DNA from: Chloroflexota bacterium
GTDB taxonomy: Bacteria > Chloroflexota > UBA11872 > VXOZ01
Length of the DNA stretch: 64,000 nucleotides
Direction of reading: 5' to 3'
NCBI GenBank assembly: GCA_964291655.2
Contig: OZ219802.1
Span: 1,600,001 to 1,664,000 of the forward strand
Shown here: positions 39,910-49,046 of the stretch, piece by piece
How the letters are laid out: the number at the start of each line of letters is the position of its first letter
How positions within the stretch are numbered: the stretch's first letter is position 1
Position numbers and translations under genes: made by a program
The notes under the pieces: model-generated
What the model was told of the DNA's origin: nothing
Databases searched by the model: none
What the model saw: the letters and a program-made list of their open reading frames with translations, nothing else

Positions 39910-40683
39910 CTAGAGTTGGCTCCTGTCCTCTATCAGGTCCGCGCTGTGCAGGAATGCCGTCAGCAGGTTGCGCATTTGCTCCCGGTAGTGGGGTTCGTAG
40001 CGGGTGAACTCCCGCAGGTGGCGGGCGGCTTCTTCATCTGGGTCGAATGCGCTTCCCATCAGCTTGTAGTCGCCAGCCAGTTCCCGGTTCCACGTCTGCA
40101 ACTCCTCCAACGTGAGTTGCGGCTCAAACTGGACTCCGTAAGACTTGCCGTACCGGAATGCCATGTTGATTCTGCGGTAGGACCCGTCGCGGCAGAGCAT
40201 GTTTCCTTCCGCCAGCCGGGTGGTGCCGTGGGGAATGGAGAAACACTCCCCGTGCAGGGTGGGCACCAGGGGGATGGTGAGCTTGCTGAAAACCGGATCG
40301 GCGTCACCGGCGGCCGTCACGTCGAGCTTGCGCAGCCCGAATTGATAGCCGCCCGTCGGCTCCACCGTGCCGCCGAGTGCCGTTGCCATGATCTGCGCCC
40401 CCAGGCAGATGCCCAGCACCGGCACATCCAGGGCCATGGCCCGGCGCAGAAATTCGCGCTCCTGGTGAATGGCGGGGTATGTGTCGTTGGCCGATTGGGG
40501 ACCACCCAGTGCCACTATCACGTCAACCTGCTCCAACGGGGGCGGCGCAAAGCGGTCGAAGGCGGGGGCTGACTCGAAGACGTTCAGGGGATCGAGGTGA
40601 AAGCCGTGCTGCTCCAGCACGCCGCTAAAGTTGGCGGCCAGGGTCTCCGGCGCGGCATGGCGGATGATCAGCGCTCGCTTCAT
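39910..40683 (-). CDS. class I glutamine amidotransferase-like protein
   Basis: ALGGPQSAND and nucleophile elbow PVLGICLGAQ; QFEPQ replaces the usual QFHPE. Confidence 0.85.
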   Translation of the reverse strand: MKRALIIRHAAPETLAANFSGVLEQHGFHLDPLNVFESAPAFDRFAPPPLEQVDVIVALGGPQSANDTYPAIHQEREFLRRAMALDVPVLGICLGAQIMATALGGTVEPTGGYQFGLRKLDVTAAGDADPVFSKLTIPLVPTLHGECFSIPHGTTRLAEGNMLCRDGSYRRINMAFRYGKSYGVQFEPQLTLEELQTWNRELAGDYKLMGSAFDPDEEAARHLREFTRYEPHYREQMRNLLTAFLHSADLIEDRSQL

Positions 40684-40775
40684 GATCTTACTCAGAATAA
40701 GCAACCACAGAGAGTTTAATATGTAGACTTCTGCTTAGAACCTCACCGCAGCGGGAGGATCCCCTCTCCCTTGAC

Positions 40776-41012
40776 GGAGAGCTTTGCGTAACCCCACTTT
40801 CAAGCAGGGGCACTCCCTCTCCTGGGGGAGAGGGTTGGGGTGAGGGGGTCTTTTTGCTACGATGGCCCTTTACGCTGGGCAGTGTCAAGATGTATCAGGG
40901 CAGATTTGGTGTGCATATGGAGAGATTTCAGGAGATCCACCCTCACCCTAGCCCTCTCCCGTCGAGGGAGAGGGAACTATTTCGCTACCGCTTGAGTTGC
41001 GCAAAGGTCTCC
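40776..41012 (+). mobile_element. GGAGA...TCTCC-ended MITE (copy B)
   Basis: TIRs GGAGAGCTTTGCGTAACCC / GAGTTGCGCAAAGGTCTCC. TTGAC is duplicated on both flanks within CCCTCTCCC-TTGAC-GGGAGAGGG. Confidence 0.8.
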
Positions 41013-41238
41013 TTGACGGGAGAGGGATAGGGTGAGGGTGATTCCTCGACTGTCGCAATCTATTGACCGTCGTATTGCTAACGAGGTCGGTTATTTCAGT
41101 GATTGAGAACGGGGCGGCAAGAAATCTCCCCACACCGGCCCTCTCCCCAAGGAAAGGGAGAAGTCTGGAACCACTTGCGGGAGCAATCCCTCGGATTGGA
41201 TTTCTGCGCGTGCCTCGCACGCAATGCGATGGGTAACC

Positions 41239-42768
41239 CTAGAGCAGCTTGCGGGGTGACGGGTCTCTGCGATTTGGCGGCGGCTCGCTACGGCCCAGGA
41301 TTACGTTGGCGGCGTACTGGCGGCCCGCGTAGGGGTCTTCCAGTTGCAGCATCCAGTCCCACAGGCGGTCTTGCAGCCGCTCGCGCACGTCGGCGCAATG
41401 CGGATTCTCGGCGAGATTATAGGTCTCGTAGGGATCTTCCTGCAGGTCGTAGAGCTCATCGTAGTCGAACCCGTTGAAGACGAACTTGTAGCGCCCGTCG
41501 CAGATGGTGCGGTTCATGAAGTAGAAGATGTTGCCGTGGTCTTGCATGAAGAGTTCCCGGTGTTCCGGACGGTCTGCGGCGCCGTCCTGGCCCGAAAGCA
41601 GCGGTACGAGCGAGATGCCGTGGGCGCCCTCCAGCGGCTCCGCACCGGCCAAATCGAGGAAGGTCGGCCCTAGGTCAAGCGTACGCACGTAGTCGTCGCA
41701 CACCTGGCCCGCCGCGAACCCCGCCGGCCAGCGCATGATGTACGGCATGCGGTGGGTCTCCTCATAGGGCCAGATGTCCTTGAACCATAGGCCGTGCGCG
41801 CCCATCATGTCGCCATGGTCGGAGGTATAGACCACCACCGTACTGTCGGCCTGGCCGGATTCGTCCAGGAAATCCAGTACCGAGCCGACGTAGTGGTCGA
41901 TCAGGGAGCTATAGGCCTGATAGTGCGCGTTGGACTTGCGGGTGTGCTCCTCATCAATCTCGCGAAACCACGTCTCGCGCGCCCGGCGCACGTAGGCGGG
42001 CTTGGCTGCGCCGTCTGTGTAGAAGCTCGGCGGCACCGGCACGTCGCGCCAGTCGAAACGGTCCGCATACTCTTTGGGCACCACGTAGGGATTGTGCGGG
42101 CCGGTGAAATTCATCCAGAGGCACCAGGGATCGTCACTTTCTTCATCGGCGAGGGCGCGCAATTGCTGTAACCCCGCTTCGGCCTGCATGGCCGTTGTCG
42201 ATGCTTCAGGAGGCGCATCCTCAACGCCGTAATGGAGCCAGTAGATACCCGCCGCGTCGTGGAAGCCCCATGTGCCCGCCCGCGGCCCGCTGCCGGCGCT
42301 CGGCTTTGCCTCGCCGCCCTGCTGTTCCGTGCGGATGCGGTGGTCGCGCAGGTATGCAGCCTTGTCGAACTCCCGTTCTTCCGTATCGAAGCCGTATTCC
42401 ACCGGACCGCGTTCCCAGCCGATATGCGCCTTGCCGGCGTAGCGCATGCGATAGCCCGCCGCGCTCATGAGCGGCCCCCAGGAAGGCACGCCGTCGCGAA
42501 TCTCGCGGCTGACAGCGTAGGGCACATGGCAATTGTTCAGCACGTGGTGCGCGTGGGGATAGACGGCAGTGGCAATTGAGGCCCGCGCCGGAGCGCAGGG
42601 CGTGGTCACCGTGTAGCCGCGACGGAACCAAATGCCCTCCCGCGCCAGCCGTTCCAAATTGGGCGAATACCCGTCCGCCGCCGGTCCCGCCGTGGCGTAC
42701 TGCTGCTGATCGGACATGATGAGGAGGATGTTCGGTTGCTTAGCCAATTGAAATGCCCTCTCTTTCAA
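41239..42768 (-). CDS. sulfatase family protein
   Basis: PNILLIMSDQ, formylglycine motif CAPAR, GKAH, PHNP, TSDHGD and ELYDLQEDPYE. Confidence 0.92.
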   Translation of the reverse strand: MKERAFQLAKQPNILLIMSDQQQYATAGPAADGYSPNLERLAREGIWFRRGYTVTTPCAPARASIATAVYPHAHHVLNNCHVPYAVSREIRDGVPSWGPLMSAAGYRMRYAGKAHIGWERGPVEYGFDTEEREFDKAAYLRDHRIRTEQQGGEAKPSAGSGPRAGTWGFHDAAGIYWLHYGVEDAPPEASTTAMQAEAGLQQLRALADEESDDPWCLWMNFTGPHNPYVVPKEYADRFDWRDVPVPPSFYTDGAAKPAYVRRARETWFREIDEEHTRKSNAHYQAYSSLIDHYVGSVLDFLDESGQADSTVVVYTSDHGDMMGAHGLWFKDIWPYEETHRMPYIMRWPAGFAAGQVCDDYVRTLDLGPTFLDLAGAEPLEGAHGISLVPLLSGQDGAADRPEHRELFMQDHGNIFYFMNRTICDGRYKFVFNGFDYDELYDLQEDPYETYNLAENPHCADVRERLQDRLWDWMLQLEDPYAGRQYAANVILGRSEPPPNRRDPSPRKLL

Positions 42769-42911
42769 CGGGGAATCTAGAAAACGTCATGTCGCTAGAC
42801 TTCTGAGGCTTGGGTCGTTTGCCCCACTGTAGCAGCTTGATACGGACAAAGAGCGGCGAATTCCCAGGCGGAGCGGGGCAAATACCCGAACGCAGCACGG
42901 CCGAGGCCAAC

Positions 42912-43337
42912 CTACATTCGTACCCGCGGCCAGGTGGTGAGCAGCCACACGGTGATGGCGGCCGTGACGACGTGCATGACCATGAGGCTGGCGACGGCGG
43001 GGACGGTCGCGCCGGGGCCGTTCGTCGTGAGCATCAGGATGTTCGGCACGAAGGAGAGCAGGAGCAGGATGAACGCCAATCCGCGGAAGACCTTGATGGC
43101 GTGTTTCGTGAGGCGGGCCAGGATTGCAAAGACAATCGTCGCGCCCAAGACGCCGACAAATGTCAGGAAGATAATGCCTTGCCACTCCTGCAACGCAGCG
43201 AAGAGCGTCGAGATGGGGAAAACGGCCTTCACCACGATGCGCACAAGGGCATTTGCGATCAGCGAGAGCACAAACGCGGCTCCGCCGGCCAGCCACACGC
43301 GACTTATTGCTATCCGGTCCGCCCAGGGCGTACTCAT
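42912..43337 (-). CDS. small 4-TM membrane protein (DUF6069-like)
   Basis: 141 aa hydrophobic protein with LLLSFVP and LMVMHVVTA. Confidence 0.7.
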   Translation of the reverse strand: MSTPWADRIAISRVWLAGGAAFVLSLIANALVRIVVKAVFPISTLFAALQEWQGIIFLTFVGVLGATIVFAILARLTKHAIKVFRGLAFILLLLSFVPNILMLTTNGPGATVPAVASLMVMHVVTAAITVWLLTTWPRVRM

Positions 43338-43632
43338 GTCCGCAAACTCCTCGTGAGAGCCGGCAAGACTCTAGATGATCGAAAATGGAAGCCCGATCAA
43401 ATACCCGCCTGCAATGACGCCTGCGATTGGAACAGAAAAACCCTTGTCTCTGCTGCCAACGCCGCCGCTCTTGCTGGCGAACGAGCGCATACCTTCAACC
43501 AAGCCTCTAACCCTCACCCCCGTCGTGTCGATACGCTGTATCGAGTACCGGGCAAGCTCTAACCCTCTCCCTCGGGAAGCCTCTGCGTAGCTTCGGCCGG
43601 AGGCGCAAGACTTACTCCCTCTCCCTGGGGAG

Positions 43633-43920
43633 TGTACAGACCGGGGACATAGGTAACAGTTGTTCGGGGACATGGGTTACACATTTTACTGATTGACACC
43701 TACGAGAGCATTGGGTTGGTCCGGGTTTGAAAAGAGACTGGCGACACAGTGCACTCACTTTCCGCCTGTCAGCTTGTGCCAGAGAAACAAACAGTGTGCA
43801 TAAGGATATTGAGTGGATCTAACTTTCAAGGCAAGGACATCGCATACTACGAAAACCCCCTCGTTCTATGGTGTTACCTATGAGCCCGAACATGTGTTAC
43901 CCATGTCCCCGGTCTATACA
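43633..43920. mobile_element. non-autonomous IS481-derived MITE (288 bp)
   Basis: About 50-bp ends nearly identical to those of the IS at 10201-11465. No transposase; GGGAG is duplicated on both flanks. Confidence 0.88.
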
Positions 43921-44257
43921 GGGAGAGGGCCGGGGTGAGGGGATTTCTGCCTATTCCGTCCTCATTACCTATAGAACCTACACGAAAATGTGCAACATCA
44001 ACAAAAAAGCTCCCCGATTGCGGGTACTTCCCCCCTCACCCCCGTATCGAGTACGGGGCAGGCTCTAACCCTCTCCCGGCGGGTGAGGGGACTTTCTCAC
44101 CTCAGCAACGGTAATGCAATGGTCTCCTCGGGGAGAGTGAATAATCGGCCTCAGAGCGAGCGCCGCTTGCTTGCGGTCCCAGCCATGCAAAGTCCGGTTT
44201 TCACGGCGTTGACGCGGGCATTCATAGCCAATTGGCGTTGTGTGGGCGATTCCTACA

Positions 44258-45871
44258 CTACGGGTTCACGTTCATGTCGTATTTGCCCGGCGAGATCAGG
44301 GATTCGGTCGTCATGCCCATGACGCCGCCGCTGGCGCCCTTGGTGAGCGAAGCGCGCACGACCTTGATCGGGTCTACTATGCCGGCCTTGATCATGTTGA
44401 CGAATTTGCCGTTGTGCGCGTCGAAGCCGGTGGGATAGCGTCTGCGGTAGATGTCGGCAATGATGGCCTCAGGATCGTAGCCACCATTCAAGAGGATCTG
44501 GCGCAGCGGCGCCTCTGCCGCTTCGGCCATGATTCTAATGCCGTAGGCCTCTTCCTCGTCGGCAGCCTTGAGCTTGCGCAGCGCTTTGGCGGCGTGGATG
44601 AATGCGATGCCGCCACCGGGCACCACTCCTTCTTCTAACGCGGCGCGCACGGCCAACATGGCATCGTCGGCGCGCAGCTTCTTCTCTTTCATTTCGCCTT
44701 CGGTGAACCCGCCAACTTTGAGGATTGCGATACCGCCGCTGAGCTTGCCCATGCGCTCGCGCATCTTATTGCGCTCGAATTCATTCTTCTCGTCGGGCAA
44801 GAGCTTCTTGACTTCCTGGATACGGCGCCGGATGGCTACCTCACTGCCCATGCCACCCACGATAGTAAAGAAGTCGCGGTTGCACCAGACGCGCCGCGCG
44901 CGACCCAGATCGGCCACGGTAATGTCTTCCGTCAGGTCTCCGGAGTCGTCTGAGACGAAGGTGCCGCCGGTCATGATGGCAATGTCTTCGAGGATATGCA
45001 CCATACGGTTGCCGGCGCCGGGTGCCTTAATGGCAAGGGTCTGAATCTCGCCTTCCTGCTTGTTGACCACCAGCGTGGCGAGGGCATCGGCTTCCACCGT
45101 GTTCGCAAAGACCACGAGGCTCTTGCCGCCGACCGACTTCACCGCTTCCAGTGCCGGAATTACCTCTTCAGCCCGCTTGAGCTGGCGGTCGGTCACCAGG
45201 ATAAACGGCGACTCAATGGTGCAGTCCATGCGGTCGGGGTTGGTGATGAAGTAGGGAGAAAGATACCCCTTGTCCCATTGCATGCCTTCCACGTACTCGC
45301 GGTCGACGCGATTCATGCTGCGGGATTCTTCCACCACGATGATGGCGTCGCGACCCAGCGTTTCGACGATCTCGCCGATCAACGCGCCCATGTATTCATC
45401 GAGACAGACTACGCTCGCCAGCCGCTTGATCTCATCCCGGGTCTCGAGCGTAACGGTCAACTCGCTAATCTCATCCAGCATCACCTTGGCCGCCCGCTCG
45501 ATGCCCTTGCGCAGCGCCATGGGATTGAATCCGACAGCCATTGCTTTGTACGACTGGTCGAGAATGGACTGTGCAATCACGGCGGTCGTGGTGGTGCCGT
45601 CACCGGCCTGTTCGCCTACGTGCCACGCCAAATGGCGTATGAGCATAGCGCCCATGTTCTCAAAGCGGTCCGGCAGTTCCACGATGCGGCGCGCGATGGT
45701 GGCGCCGTCATTCATGATCTCGGGCGGCGCAGTGCGCTGGGACATGCTTTCCAAGGCGACGGTACGCGCCTTGGGCCCCAGCGTGACCCGCAGCACGTTC
45801 GCCATGGTGTCAAAGCCGCGCTTGAAGGCTTCACGAGCTTCCGGTTCCAATAGCAAGCGTTGTTGTGGCAT
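44258..45871 (-). CDS. groEL: chaperonin GroEL (divergent paralog)
   Basis: VTLGPK, NDGATIA, AGDGTTT, EGMQWDKGYLSPYF, EEGVVPGGG and GIVDP motifs; no GGM tail. Confidence 0.9.
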   Translation of the reverse strand: MPQQRLLLEPEAREAFKRGFDTMANVLRVTLGPKARTVALESMSQRTAPPEIMNDGATIARRIVELPDRFENMGAMLIRHLAWHVGEQAGDGTTTTAVIAQSILDQSYKAMAVGFNPMALRKGIERAAKVMLDEISELTVTLETRDEIKRLASVVCLDEYMGALIGEIVETLGRDAIIVVEESRSMNRVDREYVEGMQWDKGYLSPYFITNPDRMDCTIESPFILVTDRQLKRAEEVIPALEAVKSVGGKSLVVFANTVEADALATLVVNKQEGEIQTLAIKAPGAGNRMVHILEDIAIMTGGTFVSDDSGDLTEDITVADLGRARRVWCNRDFFTIVGGMGSEVAIRRRIQEVKKLLPDEKNEFERNKMRERMGKLSGGIAILKVGGFTEGEMKEKKLRADDAMLAVRAALEEGVVPGGGIAFIHAAKALRKLKAADEEEAYGIRIMAEAAEAPLRQILLNGGYDPEAIIADIYRRRYPTGFDAHNGKFVNMIKAGIVDPIKVVRASLTKGASGGVMGMTTESLISPGKYDMNVNP

Positions 45872-46062
45872 TTACTCGCTGTCTCCCAATCAATGAGCAA
45901 CTGTGGTGTTCTCCGCTTAAGCCACAGCGTATATTACAACTTACGCGTGCTAGCGAAGACGAGCACGTCGGAGATGGTTCAGTTATTGTTGCGGCCCTAC
46001 CTTATGGAAAGCGCCACGTATGTACGATACACAAGAAAGGCAGCTAACCGCAAGGGGGCATA

Positions 46063-46121
46063 GAAAGAAGAACCGGGGAGCGAGCGCGTTTTGGGTATGT
46101 GATGCGCTTCATCCCCGGCCT
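46063..46121 (-). terminator. putative intrinsic terminator between groES and groEL
   Basis: The minus strand reads CCGGGGA...TCCCCGG followed by TTCTTCTTTCT. Confidence 0.5.
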
Positions 46122-46268
46122 CTTAAAAGTCTTAGATCGTGCGCCTTAGCGTGATCATTTCAGCCGTTGTATCGTGTCCGACAAGGCCTGCATTCACGCT
46201 GTCGGTATATCCGCTTAGAACGTGTATATAGCGGCGAACACCGGCGACCTTGTCGAAGACAGCACCGG

Positions 46269-46574
46269 CTAGTCGAGAATCGCCAGCACGTCCTTTTCGC
46301 TAAGGATCAATAGCTCGTCGTCGCCCAGCTTCACCTCGGTCCCGGCATACTTGGCAAAGAGAATGCGTTGGCCCGGCTCTACGGACACAGTTACCTTCTC
46401 ACCGCTGTCAAGCGTGCGGCCTTCCCCTACTGCTACCACCTCGCCCTCTTGGGGCTTCTCTTTGGCGGTATCCGGCAGGACGATCCCGCTGCGGGTCTTC
46501 TCTTCTTGTTCAAGAGCTTTTACAACCACACGATCACCCAGCGGGGTAATCTTGGTACTCGTCGCTGTGGACAT
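46269..46574 (-). CDS. groES: co-chaperonin GroES
   Basis: [30 protein letters not shown] and KYAGTEVK motifs. Confidence 0.97.
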   Translation of the reverse strand: MSTATSTKITPLGDRVVVKALEQEEKTRSGIVLPDTAKEKPQEGEVVAVGEGRTLDSGEKVTVSVEPGQRILFAKYAGTEVKLGDDELLILSEKDVLAILD

Positions 46575-46643
46575 CCGTAACAATCCTCCCGATACGTAGA
46601 AAACTATACAACCAATACATCATAGCGTAGAGTGCGCGCTTAT

Positions 46644-46703
46644 CCAGCACTCTACGCACGGTAGTGATATCGCCATTATACTGAGCGAACCCCGCGAGGT
46701 CAA
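46644..46703 (-). promoter_or_regulatory. groES sigma70 promoter with degenerate CIRCE (HrcA) operator
   Basis: Minus-strand TTGACC(46698-46703)-N17-TATAAT(46675-46680). ccAGCACTC-N9-tAGTGaTAt at 46644-46670 compares with TTAGCACTC-N9-GAGTGCTAA. Confidence 0.65.
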
Positions 46704-46786
46704 GGTATTACGCGCTTGATGGAACAGGAGGCCAGGGACCGCAGCCTGTTACGCCGCAGGTAGACTCAATGGCAGACACGCGCTGG

Positions 46787-47992
46787 CTAGCGCGAAGCGC
46801 ATCGCTGCCGGACGAGCGCAGCCACACGCTCGAGGACTACGGCGGCGACCTCGGATTTGGGCAGCAGGGGCAATGGCTCAGGAGGAGAACCCTGGCTCAG
46901 GATCACAACCTGATTCGTGTCTGTGCCAAAGCCGCTATCGGGCTGCGAAATGTCGTTCCCAACAATCATGTCCGCGTTCTTGCGCGCGAGTTTGATCTCC
47001 GCATTCTGTAGCAGGCCTTCGGTCTCGGCGGCAAAGCCCACCTTGACGAGTGTGGTAGGAACCTGGCGGAGAATGTCTTCATTTTCGACCAGCGAAAGGC
47101 TGAGCGGCTCGCCGGTGCGTTTCGTCTTCTGGCTGCGGGCGGTCTCCGGGCGGTAGTCGGCAACCGCTGCGGCCATGATGAGCGCATCGGCTTGGACGGT
47201 GTGCTCCCTTACGGCTGCGAGCATGTCGGCGGCAGTGGTGGCAGACACCGCGGCAATGCCGGCAGGCGGCGGCTCGGTGGTAGCACCTTGGATAAGAATT
47301 ACGCGCGCGCCGAAGTCACGCGCCGCCTCGGCGAGCGCAAACCCCATCTTGCCACTGGAGCGGTTCCCGATGTACCGCACCGGATCCAGCGGCTCTTGGG
47401 TGCCGCCGGCGGTCACCACGACCGTCTTGCCCGCTAGCGGACCGCTCTTGCCCAGCAGGGCGCGCATTTCAGCCAGGAGCGCATCCACTTCCGGCATGCG
47501 CCCTTTAGCGACGAGTCCCGAGGCGGCCCGACCCTCGAGCGGCTCGACGACGCGCACACCGCGTGCGCGCAGCGTGGCGAGGCTCGCCTGCGTGGCCGCA
47601 TGGGTAAACATGCCGCCGTCCATGGCCGGAGCGACCAGCACCGGCGCCTGCGTGCTGAGAAACGTACAGGTAAGAAGATCATCGGAGAGTCCCTGCGCCA
47701 TCCGGGCAAGCGTGTGGGCCGTGGCAGGAACCACCGCAAGCAGATCAGCCTCTTCTGCCAGGGCAATGTGCAAAATGCGGCCGGGGTCAGGCGTAAAGAG
47801 GTCCAAATGGGCCGGACGCTGCGTCACGCTGGCAAAAGAGAGCGGAGTTACAAACCGTGCGGCGTCTCTGGTAAGGATGGTGGTGACCGCTGCACCGGCT
47901 TGTGTAAGCTGGCTGGCGAGCGCTACCGCCTTGAACGCGGCAATGCTCCCACAAACGCCGAGTACAATGCGTTTTTCTCTCAAGACACTCAT
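46787..47992 (-). CDS. coaBC: phosphopantothenoylcysteine decarboxylase/ligase
   Basis: GSIAAFKA, APAMD, TAGGTQEPLDPVRYIGNRSSGKMG, AAVADY and GFAAET motifs. Confidence 0.95.
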   Translation of the reverse strand: MSVLREKRIVLGVCGSIAAFKAVALASQLTQAGAAVTTILTRDAARFVTPLSFASVTQRPAHLDLFTPDPGRILHIALAEEADLLAVVPATAHTLARMAQGLSDDLLTCTFLSTQAPVLVAPAMDGGMFTHAATQASLATLRARGVRVVEPLEGRAASGLVAKGRMPEVDALLAEMRALLGKSGPLAGKTVVVTAGGTQEPLDPVRYIGNRSSGKMGFALAEAARDFGARVILIQGATTEPPPAGIAAVSATTAADMLAAVREHTVQADALIMAAAVADYRPETARSQKTKRTGEPLSLSLVENEDILRQVPTTLVKVGFAAETEGLLQNAEIKLARKNADMIVGNDISQPDSGFGTDTNQVVILSQGSPPEPLPLLPKSEVAAVVLERVAALVRQRCASR

Positions 47993-48259
47993 AGATACAC
48001 AACCTCATACCGTCGCCCCGTCTGTCTTTCACTCTACACCAGTGCTGCAGCGGAGGGTAGGCGCGCAATCAGAATTGAAGACGCAGGCAATCTGCAGCTA
48101 GCTGTCAATGCACTCCGCACTGCGCCAAGGGTGTGCCGTCACAGGAAATAGCATGGGGAGTAGGCTCGCGTTGGCATGGATTGAGCGTCTCAGTCAATAA
48201 GGCAACTCTAGCACCGTAATCAAATCCTGCAGGCCAGCGGATCGCCTTGCGGCCCGTAC

Positions 48260-49027
48260 CTATGCTTGCTTCAGGCGCTCGTAGATAACGCGTAGCCCTT
48301 CCAGCGTCAGGTTCGGGTCTACAGCGTCGATTACAGACGTGTGTCTGGCAAAGAGTTGGGCAAAGCCGCCGGTAGCGATCACTTTGCACCGGCCAAGCTC
48401 GCTGTGTAGGCGCTCGATCATGCCTTCGACGAGTGAAAGGTAACCAAGCATGATGCCGGACTGCATAGCGTGGATCGTGCTCTTGCCCACGACGGTGGCA
48501 GGTGGCTCGAATTCCACGCGGTAGAGCCGCGAGGCCTGCGCCACGAGGGCCTCCGTGGCGAGACCCAGACCCGGCGCTATGGCGCCGCCGACGTAGTTGC
48601 CTTCCGTCGAAACCACATCGAACGTCGTCGCCGTGCCAAAGTCAATGACGATACAGGGCCCGCCGTGCCGCACAAACGCCGCCGCCGTATTCACAACCCG
48701 GTCGGCGCCGACCTCTTCCGGGCGGTCGATCTCCACCATCACGCCGGGCACCGCTCTAGGATCGATCAAAATAGGGGTGTGGCCGAGGTACTTTGCCGCG
48801 ATATCGTGGATTGCCCGTGCTAGAGGCGGCACAACACTGGAGATGATGACGTCTTCACACTGCCCTACGTCCAGTCCGGCATGCTGCAGAAAGCCAACGA
48901 TCTGCACGCCGTATTCGTCGCCGGTCTTCCCGATGTCCGTATTCAAGCGCCAGGAGCCTTTGAGATCGTTCCCGGCAAAAGCCCCCACGGCGATATTGGT
49001 GTTGCCCACGTCAACTACAAGAAGCAC
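48260..49027 (-). CDS. coaX: type III pantothenate kinase
   Basis: DVGNTN, SSVVP, VGADR, IDFGTATT, GGAIAPG and ATGG motifs. Confidence 0.95.
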   Translation of the reverse strand: MLLVVDVGNTNIAVGAFAGNDLKGSWRLNTDIGKTGDEYGVQIVGFLQHAGLDVGQCEDVIISSVVPPLARAIHDIAAKYLGHTPILIDPRAVPGVMVEIDRPEEVGADRVVNTAAAFVRHGGPCIVIDFGTATTFDVVSTEGNYVGGAIAPGLGLATEALVAQASRLYRVEFEPPATVVGKSTIHAMQSGIMLGYLSLVEGMIERLHSELGRCKVIATGGFAQLFARHTSVIDAVDPNLTLEGLRVIYERLKQA

Positions 49028-49046
49028 GGAACACTATCCTTGCAGA

